DNA from: Bacillota bacterium
GTDB lineage: Bacteria; Bacillota; SHA-98; UBA4971
Assembly: GCA_012516125.1 (NCBI GenBank)
Contig: JAAYXB010000027.1
Coordinates: forward strand, 102,093-166,092
DNA: 64,000 nucleotides
Reading direction: 5' to 3'
A program made the translations under genes and the position numbers. Below the pieces are notes generated by a model that was not told the origin of the DNA, searched no databases, and was given only the letters and a program-made list of their open reading frames with translations. Each line of letters begins with the position of its first letter. The first letter of the stretch is position 1. Below, one piece after another: positions 19,742-29,049 of this stretch.

Positions 19742-21570
19742 GATCGAGCGCCCTCCTTGCCATCCGGCACCGCGCACACCTTTGCAAGTTCCTCGGGCGT
19801 CGTGATCCCCAGAAGCACTTTGCGCGCGCCGTCAACCACGAGCCTGGTCATGCCCGCCTTCACCGCCGCATCCTCGATCTGCTCGGCGGGCGCGGACTTC
19901 ATGACCAACCCCCGGATGTAGTCGTCGACCACCATCACCTCGGCGATCGCCGTGCGCCCGTAACATCCCGTATTCGCGCACTGCCTGCAGCCACGGCCGC
20001 GCCTCAGCACCCTCCCCCGCTCCGCCTCCACCCGGGGCGCCGTGTCAGGCGCGAGCGCGCTCCACGCCGCCCATGTGGTCGGGTCCGCCTCGTACTCCTC
20101 GGCGCAGTATGGGCACACCTTCCGCACCAGCCTCTGCGCCACCACCGCTGTCACAGACGAGGCCACGAGATACGGCTCCACGCCCATCTCCATGAGCCGC
20201 ACGAGCGCCCCCGCCGCGTCGATGGTATGGAACGTGCTCAGCACGAGGTGCCCGGTCATCGCGAACCTTATGGCGATCTCAGCAGTCTCGCGATCCCTTA
20301 TTTCGCCCACCATGACGATGTCAGGGTCCTGCCTCAGGATGGCCCGCAGCCCCGCCGAAAACGTAAGGCCCGCCCTGGGATTCGTCTGTACCTGGTTGAG
20401 GCCAGACACGCGGAACTCCACAGGGTCTTCGATGGTGACAATGTTCTTCTCGGGGCTGTTGAGCTCGTGGAGAGCCGCATAAAGCGTCATGGTCTTCCCG
20501 CTTCCCGTCGGGCCTGTCACGAGCATGATCCCGTTGGGCCGCGCGAGCACCTGGCGGAGGCGCGCCGCATCCGCCTCCAGGAACCCAAGCTCGTCGATAC
20601 GGGTAATGGCCCCCTTTGATCGCAGGATCCTGATCTCGACCTTCTCGCCGTAGAGCGTCGGAAGCGTGGATACGCGAAGGTCGACCTCCTCGCCCTCCGC
20701 TCGTATCTCGACCCGCCCGTCCTGCGGCACCCGCCTCTCGGCGATGTCCATGCCCGCCGTGACTTTGATGCGCGAGGCCACCGCAGGGCCGAGCTCTTTC
20801 GGGAAGGTCATAACCTGCCTCAGGATGCCGTCGACCCTGTATCTCACCCGCACCTGCGACTCCTGCGGCTCGATGTGGATGTCGCTCGCGCGCGCCTTCA
20901 CAGCCTCGGAAATGATGGCGTTCGCGAGCCGCACCGCCGGGGCGCTCATCACTTGCGCGTCGTCGGCGGCCTTTCTCGCCTCGTCAGCCCTGGCCTGCTG
21001 CGCCTTTCCGGCCGCCCCCGCGACTTGGGCCTGGACCTCCTTGACAAGCTTCACGGCGGGGCCGGCGCCGTAGCACTCGGCTATCGCAGCCTCGATCTCA
21101 GCCTCGCTGGCAATGACGGGATCGACCTCGAGGCCCGTGGAGATTCTCACGTCATCGATGGCGAAAACGTCAAGGGGGTCCGCCATGGCGAGGGTGATGC
21201 GGTCGCCGACTCGCTCGATGGGGAATACCTTGTGGGACCTCACGAACGCCTCGGGGAGAAGATGCGCCACTTCCGGATTGATGATGTACCTGGCGAGCTC
21301 GACCCGGGGAATTCCAAGCTGGGTTTCGAGGGCCGTGAGCATGGTGTCCTCATCGATGAAGCCGAGGGAGACCAACACCGAACCCAGCCTTCCGCCTCTC
21401 TCCTTCTGGACGGCAAGCGCCTTATCGAGGTCTTCGTGTGTGAGGACCCCCGCGTCAATGAGGATCTCGCCAAGTTTACGCCTGCGCGCAACAGGCGCCA
21501 CCTGCGTGCCGGGCGCAGCGGCCTCGGTCACTGGTGCACGCCCCGCACCGGCTCCCCCTGCCGTGCTCAT
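19732..21570 (-). CDS. pilB: type IV pilus assembly ATPase PilB (GspE family)
   Basis: N-terminal GSPII_E N-domain, Walker A (GPTGSGKTMTLYAAL) and a C-terminal tetracysteine motif (CPYC...CRQC). Confidence 0.85.
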   Translation of the reverse strand: MSTAGGAGAGRAPVTEAAAPGTQVAPVARRRKLGEILIDAGVLTHEDLDKALAVQKERGGRLGSVLVSLGFIDEDTMLTALETQLGIPRVELARYIINPEVAHLLPEAFVRSHKVFPIERVGDRITLAMADPLDVFAIDDVRISTGLEVDPVIASEAEIEAAIAECYGAGPAVKLVKEVQAQVAGAAGKAQQARADEARKAADDAQVMSAPAVRLANAIISEAVKARASDIHIEPQESQVRVRYRVDGILRQVMTFPKELGPAVASRIKVTAGMDIAERRVPQDGRVEIRAEGEEVDLRVSTLPTLYGEKVEIRILRSKGAITRIDELGFLEADAARLRQVLARPNGIMLVTGPTGSGKTMTLYAALHELNSPEKNIVTIEDPVEFRVSGLNQVQTNPRAGLTFSAGLRAILRQDPDIVMVGEIRDRETAEIAIRFAMTGHLVLSTFHTIDAAGALVRLMEMGVEPYLVASSVTAVVAQRLVRKVCPYCAEEYEADPTTWAAWSALAPDTAPRVEAERGRVLRRGRGCRQCANTGCYGRTAIAEVMVVDDYIRGLVMKSAPAEQIEDAAVKAGMTRLVVDGARKVLLGITTPEELAKVCAVPDGKEGARSCQ

Positions 21571-21748
21571 GCTTCCTCAAAACACCCCATGACCTGCAGC
21601 GCCAGATGCCGTGACATCAGGTGCCAACAATTACATATGGTGGCAGTTGTCACAAAACGACATATTCCTTGTTAACTTGGACATCCTCGAAGTAATTCCT
21701 GCACGCCCATCCAAAAAAGAGCAAGAAGAAACGCGCTCGCCACCGGAG

Positions 21749-23002
21749 TTATGAGGATTCTCGGGGGTCACCACACGGCGAGCTGGTTTCCGGTTTCCTC
21801 CTGAGGAGACGCGCCACCTCATCGAGGACCCTGTGCGCGAGGTCCGTCTTGGGCATGAGCGGGATCTCCTCGATGCGCCCGTCGGAGTGGATGATGCTGA
21901 CCTCGTTGAGGTCGGACCCGAACCCTGCCCCAGAGCGGGTCACGTCGTTGGCCACGATGAAGTCGAGGTTCTTCGCCGCCAGCTTGGCTGCTGCATGCTC
22001 CAGGAGGTCGTGGGTCTCGGCAGCAAAGCCCACCACTACGCGCCTGCCCTTGTGCTTGCCGGCGGTGCCGATGATGTCCTCGCACATCTCAAGCTCCAGG
22101 GTCATGGGCCCGCTGCCCTTCTTGATCTTCTGCGGAGCCACCGTCGCCGGGCGCCAGTCGGCGGGAGCCGCGGCGCCGATAATGACGTCGGCCGCCTCTA
22201 GCCGTCTCATCACCGCGTCCAGCATCTCGCGGGCGGTGCGCACGCGAACCACCTCGATCCCGGCAGGGTCCGCAAGGGCGCAAGGCCCGCTCACCAGGAC
22301 CACGCTGGCGCCGCGGTCGCGCGCAGCCTCTGCCAGGGCATAGCCCATCTTGCCTGATGAGCGGTTCGATATGTGCCTTACAGGGTCAATGGGCTCCTCC
22401 GTTGGCCCGGCGGTCACGACCACCGTGAACCCGGCGAGGTCCTGCCGGACGCAGAGTACCCTTCGGACCTCCGCCACGATCTCCTCAGGCTCGGGCATCC
22501 TGCCCTTGCCCTCTGCGCCGCACGCGAGGTACCCCGTCCCGGGCTCCATCGCCCTGTACCCGAGCGCGAGAAGACGGTCGAGGTTCGCGCGGAAGATGGG
22601 GTTCTCGTACATCGCCTGGTTCATGGACGGCGCTAAGAGCACGGGCGCCTTCGTGGCCATTATGACGGTGGTGAGGAGGTCATCCGCTATCCCACACGCG
22701 ACCTTCCCGATGCAGTTCGCAGTCGCCGGAGCCACCACCACGATGTCGGCCTTCTCAGCAAGCGCCACGTGGCGCACGTTCCACTCGCCGGGGTCGGAGA
22801 ACATATCCACAGCCACCGGGTTATGCGAGAGGGTGCGGAACGTGAGCGGAGCCACGAACTTCGTCGCGGCCTCCGTCATGATGACGTGGACCTCAGCCCC
22901 CCCCTTGACAAGAAGGCTTGCGACCTCCGCAGCTTTGTACGCAGCAACTCCGCCTGTGACTCCGAGAACGACCGTCTTGCCCTCCAGCACTTTACCCTCC
23001 AT
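21749..23002 (-). CDS. coaBC: bifunctional phosphopantothenoylcysteine decarboxylase / phosphopantothenate-cysteine ligase
   Basis: Flavoprotein N-domain (KTVVLGVTGGVAAYKAAEVASLLVKGGAEVHVIMTEAA) plus DFP C-domain. Start at ATG 23002. Confidence 0.85.
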   Translation of the reverse strand: MEGKVLEGKTVVLGVTGGVAAYKAAEVASLLVKGGAEVHVIMTEAATKFVAPLTFRTLSHNPVAVDMFSDPGEWNVRHVALAEKADIVVVAPATANCIGKVACGIADDLLTTVIMATKAPVLLAPSMNQAMYENPIFRANLDRLLALGYRAMEPGTGYLACGAEGKGRMPEPEEIVAEVRRVLCVRQDLAGFTVVVTAGPTEEPIDPVRHISNRSSGKMGYALAEAARDRGASVVLVSGPCALADPAGIEVVRVRTAREMLDAVMRRLEAADVIIGAAAPADWRPATVAPQKIKKGSGPMTLELEMCEDIIGTAGKHKGRRVVVGFAAETHDLLEHAAAKLAAKNLDFIVANDVTRSGAGFGSDLNEVSIIHSDGRIEEIPLMPKTDLAHRVLDEVARLLRRKPETSSPCGDPRESS

Positions 23003-23102
23003 CTCTCCTCCCGCCCCCCTCACGGTCCATCACACTCACGGCCCATTTACACTCACGGCTCATTATGCTCGTGTGGCGCCCCGCGCGGGGGCGCCACACG
23101 CT

Positions 23103-23309
23103 CTACTTCATACCTGACTTGGGCTGCTCGAACGTGACCTTTCCGGCGAGGATCTCCTCCATGGCTATGGTTACGGGCTTGTCCGATCTGGTTTCCACGA
23201 GTTTCTTCGCCCCGTTCATGAGTTGCCTCGCCCGTTTCGCCGTCGCAACCACAAGAGCGTATCTGCTCTCGGCCTTGTCAGCGAACGCGTCAAGAGGTGG
23301 ATAAGGCAT
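23103..23309 (-). CDS. rpoZ: DNA-directed RNA polymerase subunit omega
   Basis: MPYPPLDAFADKAESRYALVVATAKRARQL matches the RpoZ N-terminus. Start moved to internal ATG 23309. Position gmk-rpoZ-coaBC as in Bacillus. Confidence 0.8.
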   Translation of the reverse strand: MPYPPLDAFADKAESRYALVVATAKRARQLMNGAKKLVETRSDKPVTIAMEEILAGKVTFEQPKSGMK

Positions 23310-23411
23310 ATTGTGGTACGTCCCTCCCGTAAACATGCATGAATCTTCAGGCAACCGCCGGCTTCCGGCAATTAGGCCCCGCACAAGGAAGCCCCGCCGC
23401 CGCGATAGGCC

Positions 23412-24044
23412 TCACCGGGCCTCGTCGCGCAAGCGCTCCACGAAGGACCTGCAGTCGCATCGTGCGATTCTGCAGCGTTCCGCCGTGATTATGGCCTTTA
23501 GCTTCTCGGCGGCCACCTCAAGATCCTCATTGACGATCACGTAATCGTAGTCGAACACGGCCTCAAGTTCCTCCACGGCTGCGCGGAGCCGCGCGCAGAG
23601 CGCGTCCGGGGCATCCCGCCCGCGCCGCGTCGCGCGCCTCTTAAGCTCCTCCATGGAGGGCGGCATGAGATAGACGAATACACCCGCCGGCCACCTTGCC
23701 CTCACCTGTCGTGCGCCCTGGATGTCCACATCAAGGATGACGTCTTGCCCTTGTTCGATTGTCTCCTCAATGAACCTGCGAGGCGTGCCGTATGAATTGC
23801 CGTATACCGTAGCCCACTCCAGCAGTTCCCCCGCCTCTTGCATCTCGCGAAACCGTTCGGGCGTGACAAAGTGATAGTGGACTCCATCGATCTCTCCGGG
23901 GCCCGGCGGACGCGTGGTGACGGACACGGAGTAACGTATACCTTCGGCTCGTTTCAATAGCTCATTCACCAGGGTGTTCTTCCCGGCACCCGAAGGGCCG
24001 GAAAGCACTACAAGGAACCCGCGCTTCCTCTGCACACCGGTCAC
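23412..24044 (-). CDS. gmk: guanylate kinase
   Basis: P-loop [17 protein letters not shown] and the GMP-binding region. Confidence 0.9.
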   Translation of the reverse strand: MTGVQRKRGFLVVLSGPSGAGKNTLVNELLKRAEGIRYSVSVTTRPPGPGEIDGVHYHFVTPERFREMQEAGELLEWATVYGNSYGTPRRFIEETIEQGQDVILDVDIQGARQVRARWPAGVFVYLMPPSMEELKRRATRRGRDAPDALCARLRAAVEELEAVFDYDYVIVNEDLEVAAEKLKAIITAERCRIARCDCRSFVERLRDEAR

Positions 24045-24307
24045 TCGCTAGCTTCGCGGCCCGAGTCTTTTCCTCCGAGCCTGTGGGCCACCGTTTCGGG
24101 CTGGACGGCGCACAGGATGACGTGGTCGCTGTCGGTCATGACGACGGCGCGCGTCCTCCTGCCGTAGGTAGCGTCTATAAGCCTGCCGCGGTCCCTGGCT
24201 TCCTGGACTATCCTCTTGATCGGAGCGGACTCGGGGCTCACGATGGCGATGATGCGGTTTGCCGCCACGATGTTCCCGAACCCAATGTTGATGAGCTTAA
24301 CGTCCAT
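24041..24307 (-). CDS. remA: RemA/DUF370 family regulator
   Basis: [74 protein letters not shown] is near-identical in pattern to B. subtilis RemA (YlzA). Lies directly upstream of gmk as in Bacillus. Confidence 0.8.
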   Translation of the reverse strand: MDVKLINIGFGNIVAANRIIAIVSPESAPIKRIVQEARDRGRLIDATYGRRTRAVVMTDSDHVILCAVQPETVAHRLGGKDSGREASE

Positions 24308-24322
24308 GTCCGGCACCTCTCC

Positions 24323-24634
24323 CTATTTCGCCAGTCTCTTGAGCAACGCTTCCTTCTGTCTGGCCCCAAGACCCTGGACCCTTCTGGACTCGTGAATCCC
24401 TATCTCTTCCATAATCTTGCGGCTTCTGACTCTTCCGATGCGTGGCAGCGACTCCAGCAGGTATGCGACGCGCATGCGGGATATCACGTTGTCGTCGGGG
24501 CTATTCAGGATCTTCTCCAGCGTGAGGGTGCCCTGCTTCAAGCTCTCGCGGATCTGGGCTCGCTTGGAGCGCATCTCCTGAGCCTTCTTGAGAGCGGCCC
24601 TCTTCTGCTCGGCGCTCAGCTCCGGCAAAGCCAT
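24323..24634 (-). CDS. integration host factor MihF-like (actinobacterial-type mIHF) protein
   Basis: MALPELSAEQKRAALKKAQEMRSKRAQIRESLKQGTL...LLESLPRIGRVRSRKIMEEIGIHESRRVQGLGARQKEALL resembles mycobacterial mIHF, which is also gmk-adjacent in Actinobacteria. This is a from-memory comparison. Confidence 0.6.
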   Translation of the reverse strand: MALPELSAEQKRAALKKAQEMRSKRAQIRESLKQGTLTLEKILNSPDDNVISRMRVAYLLESLPRIGRVRSRKIMEEIGIHESRRVQGLGARQKEALLKRLAK

Positions 24635-24680
24635 GGTCTCACCTCCTTGCCTGTAAGACTCGAGGTAGCCTGGGGCGGGG

Positions 24681-25559
24681 TCACTCTATGTTTTGGATCT
24701 GCTCCCGGATTTTCTCGAGTTCGCTCTTGATCTCCACTACCATATGAGAGATCTCGACGTCCTGCGACTTCGACCCTATGGTATTGGCCTCCCGGTGCAT
24801 CTCCTGGACAAGGAACTCGAGCCGCCTTCCGGCCGGCTCGGCCTGTTCGATGACGGAGTGAACCTGCGCTATGTGGCTTGCAAGCCTTACGAGTTCCTCG
24901 GTGATGTTGCTCTTGTCGGCGTATATCGCCGCCTCCATTGCAATGCGCGTCTCATCAACGGGAACGTCTGCAAGGAGTTCACGCAATCGCGCTTCGAGCC
25001 TGGCTCTGTATTCCTCAACGACGACAGGGGCGCGTTTCGAAATCCCGGCTATAAGCTGCTCTATTCGGGACGTTCTATGTATGATGTCGCGGGCGAGCGC
25101 GTCCCCCTCGGCGGCCCGCATCCTGCCGAGGGCCTCCATCGCCTCGCGCGCCGCGGCCTCCACCACCCGCCAGACGGCGTCGGGGTCGATTGGCACGGCC
25201 TTAACGGTTACCACGTCTGGCAGCGTGAGGAGCGCTTCAACCCCGATCTCCCCTGCAAGCCCGAGGCGCGCCGCGAGGTCCTTCGCGGCCGCGTGGTACG
25301 CCTGCGCCAGATCGGGCCTGACCTCGACCGTTTTCAGAGGGGCGCCGGCCTCTTCGACCGTAACGACCACATCAACATGCCCGCGTGCGAGGCTCTCTGC
25401 GACGAGCGCCCGCAGCCTGTCTTCAAGCTCCGAAAGTTCCCTAGGGGCCCGCACGTTGATGTCGCGGTACCGGTGATTCGTGGAACGCACCTCGACGGTG
25501 ACACTGAGCCCTGCCCCCGTGGACGTCCCCCGACCGTACCCCGTCATGCTCTTCGGCAT
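24681..25559 (-). CDS. yicC: YicC/YloC family stress-induced protein
   Basis: MPKSMTGYGRG N-terminus, YicC_N and DUF1732 features. Position upstream of remA-gmk as in Bacillus yloC. Confidence 0.8.
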   Translation of the reverse strand: MPKSMTGYGRGTSTGAGLSVTVEVRSTNHRYRDINVRAPRELSELEDRLRALVAESLARGHVDVVVTVEEAGAPLKTVEVRPDLAQAYHAAAKDLAARLGLAGEIGVEALLTLPDVVTVKAVPIDPDAVWRVVEAAAREAMEALGRMRAAEGDALARDIIHRTSRIEQLIAGISKRAPVVVEEYRARLEARLRELLADVPVDETRIAMEAAIYADKSNITEELVRLASHIAQVHSVIEQAEPAGRRLEFLVQEMHREANTIGSKSQDVEISHMVVEIKSELEKIREQIQNIE

Positions 25560-25947
25560 CAGGCGCCACGCCTCCCGCCCCTTATTCTACTACATAGCAT
25601 TTGCAGTTCACAAGTGCTTTTTGGCATGAATTGCCGTGTTGACCACGGCAAAGCCCTCCGGCATGTCCTCCCGGCCTGCGTAACAGGATGTTTGTCTGCG
25701 TCCCGCTGGACTCCGTGCTGGACGGTCTCTTACGCGCAAGTCCTTCGAACCAGATTCTGCGCGGGGTTGATCCCTGCAGGACCGGGTTCGCCCGCAACTT
25801 GGTCCCCGGGGAGATCACCGGTGTGCCCGCTGCCGGCGGGAGCGATGGGGCGGCTACCAGAGCGGGAGCGGCGGCAAAGAAAGCCCGCAATGCGAGGCTG
25901 CAAGTGGCATGGTGGCTATCTTATGCCCAGTCGAGGTACGCGCCGGG

Positions 25948-28758
25948 TTACGCCCGCACGATAGACATTCGGCGGAGGAGGGCGCGGCGGGCCTTGCGCG
26001 TCACGACCGCGAGGGCGCTGGACCAGCCCGAGAACACCAGCACCAACAGCCAGTCGATGCTCCCGAGCGCGGTGGTATGGAAGATCTCCTGCACGGCAGG
26101 CCAGTAGATGACTGAAAGCTGCATCACCGATGACACCAGCACAGCGCCGATGAGGTACGGGTTCGACCAGGGGTTTACTTCAACTATGGAGCGGTACTCC
26201 GAGCGGCAGTGAAACACGTAGAAAAGCTGTGCCATGACGAGCGACGTGAAGGCCACGGTGCGCGCGCGCGTGATGTCCGCGTGGAGAAACAAGGATATCA
26301 GGAACGCCGCGATGGTGCACAGGCCGATGAATACGCCCTGGGACGCGATCTTGAGCCCAAGCCCCCTCGAGAACACGCCTTCCCTGGGGCGTCTTGGCTG
26401 TCTCGTCATAACATCGGGGTCTACGGGGTCAACACCCAGGGCTATGGCGGGCAGGCCGTCGGTTACCAGGTTCATCCAGAGGATCTGCATGGGCACCAGG
26501 GGCAACGGCAGGCCTACCAGCACGGCGATGAGCATCGCGAGCACCTCGCCGGCGTTGCACGCAAGCAGGTACCGTATGAACTTCCGGATATTGTCGTATA
26601 TCGCGCGGCCTTCCTCCACCGCCGCCACGATTGTGGCGTAGTTGTCGTCCGCGAGCACCATGGCGGCAGCCTCCCGCGTCACGTCAGTGCCTGACATCCC
26701 CATGGCCACGCCGATGTCTGCCTCCTTCACCGCGGGCGCGTCATTGACCCCGTCGCCCGTCATGGCGACGATATGCCCCTGGCCCTTGAGCGCCCGCACG
26801 ATCCGGAGCTTGTGCTCGGGTGACACCCTGGCGAACACCTGGGTCGTGGCGACCGCCTGGGAAAGGGCTTCGTCGGTCATGCGGTCGAGTTCCGGCCCCG
26901 TGACAGCCCGACTGTCTCTGTCCGTAAGCTCAAGGGCACGCGCCACGGCCATGGCGGTCCCGGCGTGGTCCCCGGTGACCATGAGGGTGCGAATGCCGGC
27001 GCCACGGGCGACCCTGATTGCCCGCTTCACGTCTTCCCGTGGCGGGTCCGCCATCCCTGCGAGGCCCACGAACACGAGGTTCGTCTCGACGCCGCCGTCC
27101 GTCCGGCCGTCCGGCCGAAAGCCCCTGGGAAGTTCCCGGTACGCGAGGGCGAGCACCCGCAGGCCTCGCGAGGCCATCCGGGCGTTTCGCGCCAGGATGA
27201 GGTCCCGATCGTGGCTCGTCATCGTCCTTACCCGTCCCGCGACAAGGAGAGAGCTCGAGACGTCAAGCACCGCCTCCGGCGCGCCCTTCACGTAGGCGAT
27301 GGCGCCTACGCCCCTCGGGTCCTCGTATATGCTGGTCATCATCTTGCGCTCGGGGTCGAACGGGATCTCGTGCAAGAGCGTGAGACGCCGCCCTGCTGCC
27401 GACCAATCACGAAGCAGGCCGGCTTTCGCAGCCGCGACCACGAGCGCGCCCTCTGTGGGGTCGCCCACGATGCCCCACCGGTCGGTGGACCCCCGACCGG
27501 GCCTCCCCGGCCCCGGTCGCATGACGGCCTCGGGCTTGGCGACGCGCCCGCCCTGCGTGAGCCTGGCGTTGTTGCAGTAAAGACCGATCCGGAGCGCGAG
27601 GGCGAGGTGCTCATCGCGTAGAGGGTCCACGGGCTTTCCGGCCTCGACGAACTGCCCGTGCGGAGCATAGCCCGTGCCGGTGACCTCTATCACCCTGCCC
27701 GCGAGGTCGAGTTCCGTCAGGGTCATCTGGTTTCGGGTGAGGGTGCCCGTTTTGTCGGAGCAGATGACGGTGGTGCAGCCGAGGGTTTCGACGGCGGGCA
27801 GCCGGCGCACTATGGCGTTTCGCCTGCTCATGCGCTGGACACCGAGGGCGAGGGTTATGGTCACCACCGTGGGGAGGCCCTCCGGAATCGCCGCCACCGC
27901 GAGGCTCACCCCCGCCAGGAACATCTCGATGACCCCCTCGCCACGCAGAATCCCGGCCACAGAAATGAAAGCGCAGAGGCCGATACAAACAAGCACGAGC
28001 GTGCGGCCGAGGTGCTCCAGGCGTTGCTGAAGGGGAGTCAGTTCGTCCCTGTTGTCCTGTATGAGGTGGGCGATCCGACCGATCTCCGTGTCCATGCCCG
28101 TCGCTGCCACCACTGCCTTCCCGCGCCCGCGTGTGACCACGGTGCCCATGAACACCATGTTACGCCTGTCGCCGAGCGCTGCGGCCGCAGGCAGGAGGTC
28201 GTCCGACCTCTTCGCAACCGGGACCGACTCGCCGGTCAGCGCCGACTCCTCTACCTCCAGGGCCATGGTCTCTACCAGGCGCGCATCCGCTGGTATCCTG
28301 TCGCCCACCTCGATGACGAGAAGATCGCCGGGCACGACTTCCCTGGCTTTCACCTCTACCGGCACGCCGTCCCTGATGACCCGCGCCGAGGGCGCGGCGA
28401 GTTCCTTGAGGGCCTCGAGGGAGCGCTCGGCCCGGTACTCCTGCATGAACCCGAGGATCGCGTTGAGCGTCACGATGGCCAGAATCGCGAGGGCGTCCCC
28501 CATCTCGCCCAGAGCAACGGAGATCCCGGCGGCTGCAATGAGGACGAGCACCATGAAGTCGCTGAACTGGCCCGCGAACATCTTGAGTGCCGACGTCTTC
28601 CTCGTCCCCTGGATCTCATTAGGTCCCTCGCGGCCGAGCCTCCTCTCAGCTTCCCTGGCGGAAAGGCCCGTGGCAAGGCTGGTCTTGAGGACGGACGCCA
28701 CGGCGGAGGGGCCTAGGCTGTGCCATGCGTGTTCCTTACGTTCCTGCAACGCGCTCAC
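25948..28758 (-). CDS. P-type Ca2+-transporting ATPase (YloB-like)
   Basis: CSDKTGTLT phosphorylation site, TGDHAGTAMAVA and GDGVNDAPAL motifs, ten predicted TM segments; aligns to B. subtilis YloB. Start uncertain: GTG at about 28758 or ATG 28818. The ORF-track 1022-aa version is over-extended. Confidence 0.85.
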   Translation of the reverse strand: MSALQERKEHAWHSLGPSAVASVLKTSLATGLSAREAERRLGREGPNEIQGTRKTSALKMFAGQFSDFMVLVLIAAAGISVALGEMGDALAILAIVTLNAILGFMQEYRAERSLEALKELAAPSARVIRDGVPVEVKAREVVPGDLLVIEVGDRIPADARLVETMALEVEESALTGESVPVAKRSDDLLPAAAALGDRRNMVFMGTVVTRGRGKAVVAATGMDTEIGRIAHLIQDNRDELTPLQQRLEHLGRTLVLVCIGLCAFISVAGILRGEGVIEMFLAGVSLAVAAIPEGLPTVVTITLALGVQRMSRRNAIVRRLPAVETLGCTTVICSDKTGTLTRNQMTLTELDLAGRVIEVTGTGYAPHGQFVEAGKPVDPLRDEHLALALRIGLYCNNARLTQGGRVAKPEAVMRPGPGRPGRGSTDRWGIVGDPTEGALVVAAAKAGLLRDWSAAGRRLTLLHEIPFDPERKMMTSIYEDPRGVGAIAYVKGAPEAVLDVSSSLLVAGRVRTMTSHDRDLILARNARMASRGLRVLALAYRELPRGFRPDGRTDGGVETNLVFVGLAGMADPPREDVKRAIRVARGAGIRTLMVTGDHAGTAMAVARALELTDRDSRAVTGPELDRMTDEALSQAVATTQVFARVSPEHKLRIVRALKGQGHIVAMTGDGVNDAPAVKEADIGVAMGMSGTDVTREAAAMVLADDNYATIVAAVEEGRAIYDNIRKFIRYLLACNAGEVLAMLIAVLVGLPLPLVPMQILWMNLVTDGLPAIALGVDPVDPDVMTRQPRRPREGVFSRGLGLKIASQGVFIGLCTIAAFLISLFLHADITRARTVAFTSLVMAQLFYVFHCRSEYRSIVEVNPWSNPYLIGAVLVSSVMQLSVIYWPAVQEIFHTTALGSIDWLLVLVFSGWSSALAVVTRKARRALLRRMSIVRA

Positions 28759-29049
28759 CCCTGTTCCCGCAAAAGGTGCCGGCGCCCGGGCGGCGGCGCC
28801 AGGACGCCACACACTCATTGATATGCTCTTGTCCACGGGATCATGTATCGGGACGGGCGACGCCTTCGCCAGCCTGAGGCCGCGTGTCATCGGTCGAATC
28901 AGGACGACTGACGTACACGAGCAGTCGGCCACGCCTGCTGTCGCCCGGTACCATAATGAACATGAGGGCACCCCACCCTGGACGATGCCGCGTTGACGAT
29001 CGGCTCCGGCGGCCATATACTACACGTGAACGCGTGCGGGGTGAGAGAC

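Noticed and set aside
21571-21748. Possible sigma-54 (TGGCAC-N5-TTGC) promoter upstream of pilB
   Set aside because: TGGCAC is present but the -12 GC element is not at the required spacing. Only a weak sigma-A-like TTGTGA...TAATTG remains; not called.
25582-25890. ORF 25582-25890 (102 aa) in the yicC / Ca-ATPase intergenic region
   Set aside because: No RBS, Ala/Pro/Gly/Arg-rich composition and no motif; likely spurious. The region more plausibly holds the yicC promoter (TTGTGA-18-TAGAAT-like) and a weak GCCGTG-GTCAA-CACGGC hairpin.
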